This document shows, piece after piece, positions 1 to 8,850 of a DNA stretch of 45,126 nt. Below the pieces are notes generated by a model. The model saw nothing but the letters and a program-made list of their open reading frames with translations, did not search any database and was not told where the DNA came from. Positions within the stretch are counted from its first letter, which is position 1. The number at the start of each line of letters is the position of its first letter. A program made the position numbers and the translations under genes. The stretch is from a virus (lineage: Duplodnaviria > Caudoviricetes): the IMG/VR virus record IMGVR_UViG_3300006120_000038, positions 1-45,126 of that record, one strand, 5' to 3'.

Positions 1-344
1 AACCTTCCAAATCAAACATCATATTGCGTAAATTACCGAACAGCATCTTCGCTGTTTACTGGGTTAATTGCCTCCACTTATTTTGGAGCCACGCACGATA
101 CAACTAAACAGGCGGCACAGAATTTATTGGATTTACACATTTTTTCTTCCCCTAGTGGAACTCCCTATGCCGTAATTAGAGATCCAATAGATCGGTTTAT
201 TTCTTCTTACGCACTTTGCACAGGAGGAGTCCCCGCTTGGTTGCCTGTAAATCAGTTTATTTCATGGCTGATTCAGCAAGACAAAACCAAACTAAATCCT
301 CATTTTATGCCTCAAGTAAATCTTGTAGGAATACCAGAACCAAC
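1..344. repeat. Terminal direct repeat, copy 1 (circularity/assembly overlap)
   Basis: 1-344 aligns ungapped to 44783-45126; the first 111 and last 70 nt are identical, with 16 substitutions between 112 and 274. Confidence 0.97.
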
Positions 345-537
345 TGGAATTGTTTATTTTGATTTTGCAAAAGACCTAACCCTGATGGCAGTTGCTCTTG
401 GTCTGCCAACTCCACTTCCTTCTGTAAACGTGACTAATCCTTCCAACAAGCCAACCCTAACAGCAGATCAAGTCACCACGCTTAAGAATTTTTATTCTGA
501 TGACGTAACGCTATATTCTAAATTATCTTCCCAATAA
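1..537 (+). CDS. 3' part of tail-domain/sulfotransferase-family fusion protein (continues from 44525 across the junction; ~264 aa total)
   Basis: Frame 1 is open from base 1; motifs YRTASS, RDPIDRFISSY, NPHFMPQ and FYSDD resemble the Sulfotransfer_2 family. Confidence 0.8.
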   Translation, partial: NLPNQTSYCVNYRTASSLFTGLIASTYFGATHDTTKQAAQNLLDLHIFSSPSGTPYAVIRDPIDRFISSYALCTGGVPAWLPVNQFISWLIQQDKTKLNPHFMPQVNLVGIPEPTGIVYFDFAKDLTLMAVALGLPTPLPSVNVTNPSNKPTLTADQVTTLKNFYSDDVTLYSKLSSQ

Positions 538-698
538 TGCACTCATCCGGGTCAACTCATCCAAACATCCTCTTGGCAAGCGTGGGTCTATTTGTGGCCT
601 CCCTTGTTCCAGAAGTGCCGTCATGGGCGCAATGGTTGTGTTTGATCCTATCCGCTATAGCGTCCGTATTGACCATCCTAAAGCAACTGAAGAAATGA
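537..698 (+). CDS. Small two-TM protein, holin/antiholin candidate (53 aa, not in ORF track)
   Basis: MHSSGSTHPNILLASVGLFVASLVPEVPSWAQWLCLILSAIASVLTILKQLKK; TAATG and ATGA coupling to both neighbours; first gene of lysis cluster. Confidence 0.7.
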   Translation: MHSSGSTHPNILLASVGLFVASLVPEVPSWAQWLCLILSAIASVLTILKQLKK

Positions 699-1150
699 AA
701 AAAATTGCAGAGTCAATCTTGCCATTATTGGGAGCAATCCTGGCTTGCTTGTCTGGTTGCGTCAGTTCCCCCAAGCACTCTAGCGTCCAGTTCACTCCCC
801 CCTCCTACGTCAAGGCATACACGGCAGTATCAAAAGCACAGGCAACTGCCAGCAATCTTCAATCAAAGGCTCCGGCAGAGCTTAAGCCAGCCGTTAAGGA
901 GATACAGGGCAACCTAGAGGATGTGCAGATGGCATTGGACGAATACAAAGCGAACGTAACCAAACAAACTGATCTTCTCAATACCTCCATCGAGGAGAAG
1001 AATGACGCTCTAGCCAAGGCAGAATACTGGCACTCCAAACAAACCAAGGCATTGCGTGAGTTGTGGGTGTGGCGTTCCATTGCCATTGTCAGCGTTCTTG
1101 CCGTAATTGGCTACATTGGGATTAAAACGTCATGGCGTTTTCTTCTGTAA
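695..1150 (+). CDS. Putative unimolecular spanin (lipoprotein with C-terminal TM)
   Basis: Likely start is ATG 695: MKK + hydrophobic stretch + lipobox LSGC, helical middle, C-terminal TM SIAIVSVLAVIGYIGI; lysis cluster. Confidence 0.7.
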   Translation: MKKIAESILPLLGAILACLSGCVSSPKHSSVQFTPPSYVKAYTAVSKAQATASNLQSKAPAELKPAVKEIQGNLEDVQMALDEYKANVTKQTDLLNTSIEEKNDALAKAEYWHSKQTKALRELWVWRSIAIVSVLAVIGYIGIKTSWRFLL

Positions 1151-1638
1151 AGCCAAAGCGCGGAGATCACAGAGAAGATGGTAAGGTCTTTTTGAGATTT
1201 CACCCAAAAGCACCAAATGGTGAAATTTGGTCAAGCGTAGAACAATTAAATAAAGAACGAGCTAAAGATAAAACACGTTCAAAAAAAAGATATAAAGAAA
1301 ACCCAATTAAATACCAAGATAGCAGGTTAAAATGGGGAAAACAAAACCCAGAAAAAAAGAAACGAGTAAACAAAAACTCGGTTCTGAAATGCAGATATGG
1401 CATATCGCTAGAAATATATGAACAAATGCTTAAACAGCAAAATGGAGTTTGTGAAATATGTAATCAGAAATGCAAAACAAAACCTTCATTGTCTGTAGAT
1501 CATTGCCATGCTACACAAAAAGTAAGAGGGTTGCTTTGCCACGCTTGCAATACAACAATAGGACACATGAAAGATTCTACTGAATTGCTGTTAAAGGCAG
1601 TAAAATACCTTGAAAAATACAAGACAAAACATAATTGA
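1132..1638 (+). CDS. Endonuclease VII-like (homing) endonuclease
   Basis: YGISLE..QNGVCEIC..LSVDHCH..VRGLLCHACN; AT-rich; overlaps both neighbours. Confidence 0.9.
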   Translation: MAFSSVKPKRGDHREDGKVFLRFHPKAPNGEIWSSVEQLNKERAKDKTRSKKRYKENPIKYQDSRLKWGKQNPEKKKRVNKNSVLKCRYGISLEIYEQMLKQQNGVCEICNQKCKTKPSLSVDHCHATQKVRGLLCHACNTTIGHMKDSTELLLKAVKYLEKYKTKHN

Positions 1639-1975
1639 GTCAAAGCTCATACAAAAGCCATTGGATAGCAAAAAAGCGATTTACGCACTTATTGCCGCTT
1701 GTTCTGTGCTTATTGTATTTGCTGTTTCTGCTTTTCTTATTTTGTCTCATTCTGAACAGGCTAAAGAGGTTGTAGAATTAGCCAATCTAGTCGTTCTTTT
1801 TTTTGGTGCTTTAGTTACAACATTGATTACTGGCACAGCCGCTATGGATTGGAAAGCAATCTCCGCACTTCAGCACATTGATCAGGACGAGAAGATTGAA
1901 TCAAACCAAGCTCTACCGGAGGAAGTGAACGAGCGTGTGGTGAAGCCTCGATATTTTGATTCCAATGACCGATAG
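1610..1975 (+). CDS. Putative holin (two TM segments, charged C-tail)
   Basis: Two hydrophobic helices, directly upstream of endolysin; start uncertain. Confidence 0.65.
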   Translation: MKNTRQNIIESKLIQKPLDSKKAIYALIAACSVLIVFAVSAFLILSHSEQAKEVVELANLVVLFFGALVTTLITGTAAMDWKAISALQHIDQDEKIESNQALPEEVNERVVKPRYFDSNDR

Positions 1976-2396
1976 GTTCAAGAATGAGATCATACCTTGG
2001 ATATTCAAATGGGAGGGAACCACGTTTGAAAATGACCCGGATGACCCAGGAGGAGCTACCAAGTTCGGGATAGATCAACGCTCTCACCCTCACGTTGACA
2101 TCAAGAATCTGACTGCCGATCAAGCTGCCGGAATCTACTGGACTGAATACTGCAATCTACATTGCAACGAGTACGCACCGCAGTTTGATTGGGTGTATTT
2201 CAACTGCTGCGTGAACTGTGGCGTTGGTCGTGCAACCAAGATAAAATCTAGGTCTGGAGTTGATGCTTCTAAATTTTTGGATATTCAAGAAGAGTTTTAC
2301 AGAGCATTGGCAGAATCTAGACCATCATCAAAAAAATATTTAAAAGGATGGTTGGCTCGCACTGAAGACTTGAGGGAGGTAGCTGGATTGGCATAG
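1965..2396 (+). CDS. Endolysin, glycoside hydrolase family 108
   Basis: WEG..NDPDDPGGATKFGI, NCGVG, C-terminal KYLKGWLAR. Confidence 0.92.
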   Translation: MTDRFKNEIIPWIFKWEGTTFENDPDDPGGATKFGIDQRSHPHVDIKNLTADQAAGIYWTEYCNLHCNEYAPQFDWVYFNCCVNCGVGRATKIKSRSGVDASKFLDIQEEFYRALAESRPSSKKYLKGWLARTEDLREVAGLA

Positions 2397-2489
2397 CTCT
2401 CCGCAGGAGGCGATAGGGGATACATAAGGGGATTCTGCCCAACCCATGTCAAGCCTAAATCAAGGGTATGGAAATATTTTTATTTTTTC

Positions 2490-2518
2490 TTGCAACCCAA
2501 TAATCCCCATTCCATTCT
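2490..2518 (+). promoter_or_regulatory. Sigma70-like promoter candidate
   Basis: TTGCAA-17nt-CATTCT, 9 nt before ATG 2528. Confidence 0.45.
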
Positions 2519-2527
2519 CACCCCGCC

Positions 2528-2752
2528 ATGACAACCAAATCCAAATCCCCTAAAACGAACGTGCCGTTGAGTGCCAACGGAAGATTGATTGCCCTCAAGA
2601 ATCGTGTTGATGCGATTTCTCATGAAGTGACTGATCATCATTGGGAATACAAGGCACTCAATGAGCGAGTGACGATTGTTGCATCCATTGCTTGCTCTGC
2701 CCTTCTTGTTGCAATTGTGGAGGGCTACATCATTGTTACACGACTTTACTAA
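2528..2752 (+). CDS. Hypothetical protein with C-terminal TM
   Basis: ORF; coiled-coil plus hydrophobic tail; TAATG-coupled to next gene. Confidence 0.7.
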   Translation: MTTKSKSPKTNVPLSANGRLIALKNRVDAISHEVTDHHWEYKALNERVTIVASIACSALLVAIVEGYIIVTRLY

Positions 2753-2892
2753 TGATTGCCGCATCAGCACCTTTAAGCCCGGAGGAAAAGGTGGAGATAC
2801 TGCTTGAGACTCTTGAGCATCTCCGCAACACCCTGGATGAAGCAATTTCCTATATCGACGATTCCACAGTGGAAGTTGACGATAGAGGATAA
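2752..2892 (+). CDS. Hypothetical acidic protein (46 aa)
   Basis: ATG overlaps previous stop; MIAASAPLSPEEKVEILL. Confidence 0.6.
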   Translation: MIAASAPLSPEEKVEILLETLEHLRNTLDEAISYIDDSTVEVDDRG

Positions 2893-2911
2893 ACAAAAAA
2901 CACAAACAACA

Positions 2912-3106
2912 ATGGAAAAGAAAACACCCTGTAAGAAACCCTGCAAGAAAGAGGATAACGATCACACGTTTCGTATCGTGTGGGATCATGAAATTAGTGA
3001 GAAAATCTTTCAGCTTGAGGCCAAGATTCTCTCTGCCACAATCATAGTTCTGGTCAATATCCTTCTGGGTATCGGAACGATCACCGCTATTCTGTTCAAG
3101 AAATGA
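2912..3106 (+). CDS. Hypothetical membrane protein
   Basis: A/C-rich leader before ATG 2912; C-terminal TM; ATGA overlap with ERF. Confidence 0.65.
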   Translation: MEKKTPCKKPCKKEDNDHTFRIVWDHEISEKIFQLEAKILSATIIVLVNILLGIGTITAILFKK

Positions 3107-3900
3107 GCGAACCAACCATCCAAGCCCAGTATGCGGCGGCACTTGTTGCCGCTATTGGTGAGCTTTCCAATGTGGCTAAAACGGCATCCAATCCGTACTT
3201 CAAAAGCAAGTACGCTCCCTTGGACGCAATCGTGGACGCAACCCGTCCGGTGCTGGCAAAGCATGGTTTGGCAATCCAGCAGACCCCGGTGTATAGGGAT
3301 GGTCTTGCAGGAGTGGTGACGATCATCACTCATAAGGCCGGACACTTGGAGGATTCAGAGCTTCTGCTTCCCCTTAAGGATCAGTCTCCTCAAGGAGTGG
3401 GGAGTGCTATCACCTACGCTCGACGCTATGCCCTTGCAGCAGTGTTGGGTCTAGCCACGGAGGATGACGATGATGGCAATGCTGGTTCCGGTCTTGGAAA
3501 GCAGGAGGCCAAGCGCATCACCATTCAGAACAACATTCAATCTAGTGAGCCAGATCGTCCGGCTATTGCAAAGGTGATGGACAAGAAACAGGAAGCTCCT
3601 CGTCCGGCACAGGAAGCGTCCTCTACCTGGCGCAACGTGGAGATCACGGATGTGAGGGTGGCGGCAAAGTCCAAGGATGGAGCCGCAAAGAAGTGGGTAC
3701 TTTACTCCGTTCAGTTTGACGGGAAAGCGGAAGCCCTCACCTTTGACGAGAAACTCTTCACGCTGGCCCAAGAGCTTTCTCTTGGTAAGGTGGATGCAGG
3801 GGTTGCTCCGGGCAAGAAAGACCCTTCCAAGTGGGAACTGGTTAGCTTGGCTCCCACCACGGGTGCATCAGCAAACATAACCTCCGATGAAAAAGCGTAA
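3103..3900 (+). CDS. erf: ERF-family single-strand annealing protein
   Basis: NPYFKSKYAPL, PQGVGSAITYARRYALAAVLGL, EDDDGN. Confidence 0.93.
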   Translation: MSEPTIQAQYAAALVAAIGELSNVAKTASNPYFKSKYAPLDAIVDATRPVLAKHGLAIQQTPVYRDGLAGVVTIITHKAGHLEDSELLLPLKDQSPQGVGSAITYARRYALAAVLGLATEDDDDGNAGSGLGKQEAKRITIQNNIQSSEPDRPAIAKVMDKKQEAPRPAQEASSTWRNVEITDVRVAAKSKDGAAKKWVLYSVQFDGKAEALTFDEKLFTLAQELSLGKVDAGVAPGKKDPSKWELVSLAPTTGASANITSDEKA

Positions 3901-4660
3901 GTCTGGGACAAGGGGGGCGCAAGCCCCCCATATCGGAACCAAATATGAGAAATTTCTGGCAGTTTCTTGTTCGCACGGCAAGTACGCAGATCCCTCTGCG
4001 ATTGATGCAGTGCTTTCGTTCCGTGATAGGTGGTCACCATCAATCTGTGTCCATCTGGGGGACTGGTGTGATACTACTGCCTTTCGATCAGGTGCGGCTG
4101 GAACTTCGGATGAATCGGAGCCAGTTGCCCCAGACATTGATGGCGGGATTGCATTCCTGCAAAAATTACGGCCAACTCATGTGCTGGATGGAAACCATGA
4201 AGACAGAATACCCCGACTGCTCAATTCAAATAACGCACTTGTCGCATACGCAGCGCATCAAGCCACCAACTTCATTGACGAGGCTTTCGTCAAGATTGGT
4301 TGTAGAAGGATTCCGTATGCTGGAGTTTATCAGAGGTATGTGGTTGGTGATGTGACCTTCACACATGGTACGATATATAACGAAAATTCTGCAAGGGATA
4401 TGGCAGAAATGTATGGAGGTAAGGTCATATTTGGGCACACGCATCGTAGCTCTATGGGGGAAGGACGCACCCTCAAGGAAAGCACCGGATACTGCGTCGG
4501 TACGCTTACTCGCAGAGGTGAAATGGATTATGCAAAGGCACGGAGAGCAACCCTTGGATGGAGACAGGGATTAGCCTTTGGGGAGATCGGGCCAAAGGAT
4601 AGTGCCGTGTGGTTGTGTGCCAGGGGAGAGTTTGAAAAGGAATGGAGGATGCCGCTATGA
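3887..4660 (+). CDS. Calcineurin-like metallophosphoesterase
   Basis: CSHG, GDWCD, GNHE, HG and GHTH motifs. Confidence 0.9.
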   Translation: MKKRKSGTRGAQAPHIGTKYEKFLAVSCSHGKYADPSAIDAVLSFRDRWSPSICVHLGDWCDTTAFRSGAAGTSDESEPVAPDIDGGIAFLQKLRPTHVLDGNHEDRIPRLLNSNNALVAYAAHQATNFIDEAFVKIGCRRIPYAGVYQRYVVGDVTFTHGTIYNENSARDMAEMYGGKVIFGHTHRSSMGEGRTLKESTGYCVGTLTRRGEMDYAKARRATLGWRQGLAFGEIGPKDSAVWLCARGEFEKEWRMPL

Positions 4661-4893
4661 AAGGCAATGATTGGTCTGAACTGATCGTTCAGCTTCAAAA
4701 GAAAGAGGAGGAAATCCCAGAAGAAGGATTCTTTACCAGATCTCAGTACGAGAAGAAATGGAATGTTAAAAGCTGCGAAACTCAATCAAGGCTCAACAGG
4801 CTTCTTGAGGCCGGACTTGCAGAAACAAAAAAGTTTCGGGTTCAAACCGGAACCAGAGGGCTTTACCCAACCCCACATTATCGAATCAAATGA
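4657..4893 (+). CDS. Hypothetical protein (possible winged HTH)
   Basis: ATGA-coupled ORF; helix-turn-helix-like pattern followed by a beta hairpin. Confidence 0.65.
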   Translation: MKGNDWSELIVQLQKKEEEIPEEGFFTRSQYEKKWNVKSCETQSRLNRLLEAGLAETKKFRVQTGTRGLYPTPHYRIK

Positions 4894-5099
4894 AAAAACA
4901 AAATTCAGACTCACACATTGTAGAAGAGTATGTTGATTTGGCTGGCCCTTACAATCCTGCCGTGGAAAACCACATGGTTTGGCTTGAGACTGTGGTGAAT
5001 GACATGAAGCGGGGGAATATCCCCTACCAAGTGATCACCAAGGACAATGGGTACTTCGTTCAACGCACAGGGATGATCTTGCCTAAATCCAAGAAATGA
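4890..5099 (+). CDS. Hypothetical protein
   Basis: ATGA-coupled ORF. Confidence 0.7.
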   Translation: MKKQNSDSHIVEEYVDLAGPYNPAVENHMVWLETVVNDMKRGNIPYQVITKDNGYFVQRTGMILPKSKK

Positions 5100-5179
5100 A
5101 CCCCGGACTCAATGAACTGATTGTCATTGCTTGCGTGGCTGGAGCCATAGCAATCATGATCAACTTCCCCCAACGATGA
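5096..5179 (+). CDS. Small hydrophobic peptide (27 aa, not in ORF track)
   Basis: MNPGLNELIVIACVAGAIAIMINFPQR; ATGA overlaps at both ends. Confidence 0.6.
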   Translation: MNPGLNELIVIACVAGAIAIMINFPQR

Positions 5180-5484
5180 AGTTCAAATCACTTGGACAGC
5201 TAGAGATTAATGGTGATAAATGGAAGGTAGGTTATGGACATCCAGGCTTCACCAATGGAAAAATCAATGATGGGATATGTGATTACGAAAGAAGGCGTAT
5301 CGTCATCCATCGTGGATGCACTCGCAGTCTCTTGTCTGTGCTGGCACATGAAACAATCCATGCTTCAATGCCATTTGTTTCAGAAGAGTATGTTGATACC
5401 ACAGGTGAGCTTATCTCTCAAATTCACGATATCTTTTCCAAAGAGCAGTCTGCCGGACATGGGGGAGGAGGTTCCTTGGTATGA
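5176..5484 (+). CDS. HExxH zinc-metallopeptidase-like protein
   Basis: DGICDYERRRIVI..LAHETIHA. Confidence 0.75.
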   Translation: MKFKSLGQLEINGDKWKVGYGHPGFTNGKINDGICDYERRRIVIHRGCTRSLLSVLAHETIHASMPFVSEEYVDTTGELISQIHDIFSKEQSAGHGGGGSLV

Positions 5485-5708
5485 AGATGAAGAAGATGAA
5501 TAGCGTGGACTTCTTTGAAGAGTGGTTCAACACGATTGGGGTGAGAACCTATAGCCGCAACCACGGGAATGCTGACGGGCATCGTGACTACTTGAGCATG
5601 GCATTCCTTGCTGGGTGGTATGCCCATGATCGAAATGAAGACACAATCAAGGAGCTTCGGGAAGAGAACCGGAGACTTAAAGACGAAATCAACTGCCGAC
5701 TAACATGA
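5481..5708 (+). CDS. Hypothetical protein
   Basis: ATGA-coupled ORF; AFLAGW motif and coiled-coil end. Confidence 0.7.
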   Translation: MKMKKMNSVDFFEEWFNTIGVRTYSRNHGNADGHRDYLSMAFLAGWYAHDRNEDTIKELREENRRLKDEINCRLT

Positions 5709-6367
5709 GCCTACTTCAAATATCCAGAAATGACCAAGTGCCTCCCGGCAATTACCGCTTCACAGTACCGGAGACGGGCTACCATATCGGGGGACTCTTC
5801 ACCATCAATGAGCTTTATGAAAAGGTGGAACGACACTATAAGGACAACAACATCACTCTTCCCGATAACTGGAGGGAGTTGGTTATGGATCAGCTTTGCC
5901 GCCAGCTTCCAGAGGGATGGTGCTATTATTCTGATGGCAAACAATACGAGGGCAACGATTCAATTCTCTCCTTTGACAACATCCTAAAGGGGGTAAAGAG
6001 CTTGGCAGCAATTGCCAAATCTGCCGCCACCGGAGAGGAAGTGTTTGTGGATGAGTCAGAAGCAGAAGAGAGGGCCAAGATTTGCTCTCGTTGTTATTAC
6101 AATCAAAAGTCTCAATTTTGCATGGGTTGTGGAGGAGCTAGGGTGATATTAGATATGGTTGGGGAGATCCGTGGACAGAGAAAAACATCCCTTGATTATG
6201 CCCTACAGAACTGTGGGATATGTGGTTGCAGGAATGATGCCATTGTCCATGTCAAGAAAAACCTCTTGCTATCCGGTGAGAAATTAGAGACAACTAACAA
6301 GCGTCCCGATTGGTGTTGGATGAGAAATGATGACCTATCGGAAGCTGCCTCTAAACTCCATATATGA
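5705..6367 (+). CDS. Cys-rich (putative Zn-binding) protein upstream of portal
   Basis: CSRC, CMGC, CGICGC, WCW. Confidence 0.75.
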   Translation: MSLLQISRNDQVPPGNYRFTVPETGYHIGGLFTINELYEKVERHYKDNNITLPDNWRELVMDQLCRQLPEGWCYYSDGKQYEGNDSILSFDNILKGVKSLAAIAKSAATGEEVFVDESEAEERAKICSRCYYNQKSQFCMGCGGARVILDMVGEIRGQRKTSLDYALQNCGICGCRNDAIVHVKKNLLLSGEKLETTNKRPDWCWMRNDDLSEAASKLHI

Positions 6368-8595
6368 ACACAAACCAACCCTACGGACTTCTTGATCTGG
6401 ACGTGGACGAAAGTCCAGAGGTTCCTAAAACTAGGATTAAGAGTGCTTCCAATGCGAGGGCCATGTTGTTCATGCTGATTGACGATGATCAGATCGCCTC
6501 TTATCGACGCTCCCAAGTGCAGGGTCAGATTGATGGAAATGCTCCATTTAATGATACCCAACTCAAGGAGATGGGTCAGGGGGATAGGATCAATGTGAAC
6601 TGGGGTCATGCTGAAGCCAAAGTTGAGGCAGCAGTTATTCCCTATTTTGACATCCTCACTTCCGTGGGAAACTACGCCACGATCCGTACCAAATATGGCA
6701 AAGATATGGGGAAGAGGGAGGAATGGAGCCGGATTATCTCCGACGAGTTCCACACCTTGTTGGATAAAACCAACCCCAAGTTTATCCAAGAGCATCAGGT
6801 TTGCCACAAGCAGTTGGTGATTCATGGTCAGGCTTGTATGTTCTGGCCCGATGCTATGGACTTCAGAGCAAAGGCCGTGGAGCCTTGGCAGTTGATCGTG
6901 CCAAAGGGCGCATCAGTTGATTGGCAGAACTGGGAGTTTTGCTACGTTCTGGACGAGATGTATACGGAAGAACTCTACCGCTACATTGATGATGCAGAGG
7001 CAGCAGAGCGGGGTGGCTGGGATGTGGAGGAGTGCAAGGAGGCCATCATGCAAGCCCGGATTGACGAGCAAGATCAACGTCGCCCTTGGGAGTGGTATCA
7101 AAAAGAGTTCAAGAACAACTCCCTCTACTATTCTTATGCCAAGAGCAAGATCATCAAGGTGGCCCATATGTATGTGAAGGAGTACGATGGTCGTATCTCC
7201 CACTATGTTTTTGATCGGTTGAATTCCACGGAGTGGTTGTGTGCCCGTGAGTCCTGCTACAAGTCGTTCTCCAATGCCTTCACGGTGTTTTTGAATGGAG
7301 TGGGCAATGGCTTCTACCACGGGGTGAGAGGGCTTGGTCAGAAGGTGTTCAAGTATGCTCAAGCTATGGATCGCATCAACAATGCTCTCCTTGAGGGAGT
7401 GATCGTTGATAGTGCGGTGATGATTCAGCCGCAGTCTGCCAAGGATGCTGAATCCCTCAAGACAGTCCAGATCGGGCCTTATCGAATCCTTCCCCCTGGC
7501 ATGAACTTTGTCCAAGTGGGCACAACCTCCAAGTTGAATGGGGCCATGCAAGTTGCCCAGATGTTCCAAGGACAGGAGTCAGATGACATTGGGTCATTCA
7601 TGCCTTCCGTTGCTGGTGGGCGAAAGAAGGGAAATAAGGAAGTTGAGGCAGAGATTGGCGAGAAGTCCCGACTCACCAACACCCGTGCAGAGATTTATCT
7701 TCAAGCTCTGGATGTGCATTACCGGGAGGTTTACAAGAGGGCTACCAACTTCAACGTGTTGGTGGAAGATCATGGAGGGGCACAAATCATTGAGTTCCAG
7801 AACAACTGTATTGCCAGAGGAGTTCCTAAAGCTGCCATGCTGGACATTGATTCAGTCAAGGCCACTCGATCCATTGGTCAGGGATCTTCTGCCGCTCGTA
7901 TGACGGCAATGAAGATGATCCAAGAATATCTTCCCCAGCTACCGGAATCCAATCGCAAGCGAGTCATCAATGCCAACATTGCCGCTATTGCCGGACAGAA
8001 TGGAGTGGATACTTTCGGTATTCCAGAAGAGGAGAAGCCAGATGGTCAGGCGCTATCGGTGGCAAGTCTTGAGAACAATGCGTTCGTCACCGGAGGCCAA
8101 GTGCTGATTGATCCCGACCAGAATCACTTCGTTCACCTTTCAGTGCATCTCCAGTTCGCAGGAGGGATCGTGGAGCAAGTCCAGCAGAAACAGCAAGATC
8201 CTCGTCAGGCATTCCAGACGATGCAAGCAGTTATTCCTCACATCCTCACCCACCTCAAATTCCTTGAGGAAGATCCTACCCGGAAAGAGCAGTTTGAGAA
8301 TCTCAATCAACAGACGAGTGAGTTGATGAAGATTGCCGATCAGTTGGGCAAGCTATCAGAGCAGATCAACGAGCAGGAGCAAGCCCAGGCACAACAGGGA
8401 CAAGGGCAACCTGATCCCAAGATGGCAGTGGCACAGAACAAGATCATGCTAGATCGAGCCAAGTTCCAGAATGACGCACAGATTAAACAGGCCAAGGCCA
8501 TGCACCAAATGCAATTGCAAGATCGCAAGACGGCTCAAAAATTGATGATTGACAAAGTTAAGCTGGCTAGCAAGTATTCCAGCATAGCTCCCTAA
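6364..8595 (+). CDS. Portal (head-tail connector) protein
   Basis: 743 aa, helical, Gln-rich coiled-coil C-terminus as in P22-type portals; FYHGVRGLG region; precedes scaffold/TerL. Confidence 0.72.
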   Translation: MNTNQPYGLLDLDVDESPEVPKTRIKSASNARAMLFMLIDDDQIASYRRSQVQGQIDGNAPFNDTQLKEMGQGDRINVNWGHAEAKVEAAVIPYFDILTSVGNYATIRTKYGKDMGKREEWSRIISDEFHTLLDKTNPKFIQEHQVCHKQLVIHGQACMFWPDAMDFRAKAVEPWQLIVPKGASVDWQNWEFCYVLDEMYTEELYRYIDDAEAAERGGWDVEECKEAIMQARIDEQDQRRPWEWYQKEFKNNSLYYSYAKSKIIKVAHMYVKEYDGRISHYVFDRLNSTEWLCARESCYKSFSNAFTVFLNGVGNGFYHGVRGLGQKVFKYAQAMDRINNALLEGVIVDSAVMIQPQSAKDAESLKTVQIGPYRILPPGMNFVQVGTTSKLNGAMQVAQMFQGQESDDIGSFMPSVAGGRKKGNKEVEAEIGEKSRLTNTRAEIYLQALDVHYREVYKRATNFNVLVEDHGGAQIIEFQNNCIARGVPKAAMLDIDSVKATRSIGQGSSAARMTAMKMIQEYLPQLPESNRKRVINANIAAIAGQNGVDTFGIPEEEKPDGQALSVASLENNAFVTGGQVLIDPDQNHFVHLSVHLQFAGGIVEQVQQKQQDPRQAFQTMQAVIPHILTHLKFLEEDPTRKEQFENLNQQTSELMKIADQLGKLSEQINEQEQAQAQQGQGQPDPKMAVAQNKIMLDRAKFQNDAQIKQAKAMHQMQLQDRKTAQKLMIDKVKLASKYSSIAP

Positions 8596-8613
8596 ACAAA
8601 CCAAAAAACCAAA

Positions 8614-8850
8614 ATGAAAACCGAAAGCGGGAGTAATGACCCCGTTAATCACCCGTCTCATTACAATTCCCACCCTAGCGGAATTGAGGCAATACAAATC
8701 ACAAAACATTGTTGCTTTTGTATCGGCAATGCGATTAAATACATCTGGAGACACGACAAGAAAGGAAAGCCAATCGAAGATTTAAGAAAAGCTATCTTTT
8801 ACTTGGAGACAAAAATCAAGATGTATGAAGAAGAAAAATCTGGTAGGTGA
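8614..8850 (+). CDS. DUF3310 / T7 gp1.7-like protein
   Basis: DPVNHPSHY..IEAI..FCIGNAIKYIWR..EDLRKAIFYL. Confidence 0.9.
   Translation: MKTESGSNDPVNHPSHYNSHPSGIEAIQITKHCCFCIGNAIKYIWRHDKKGKPIEDLRKAIFYLETKIKMYEEEKSGR

Noticed and set aside
1-344. DGR template/variable repeat pair
   Set aside because: Half of the 16 mismatches involve no adenine, many are synonymous, and no reverse transcriptase is present
623-694. ORF-track start for the spanin (likewise 14756 for DnaB, 16571, 5131, 127)
   Set aside because: Other, mostly coupled, starts fit domain boundaries better; the 127 ORF is really the tail of the junction-spanning gene
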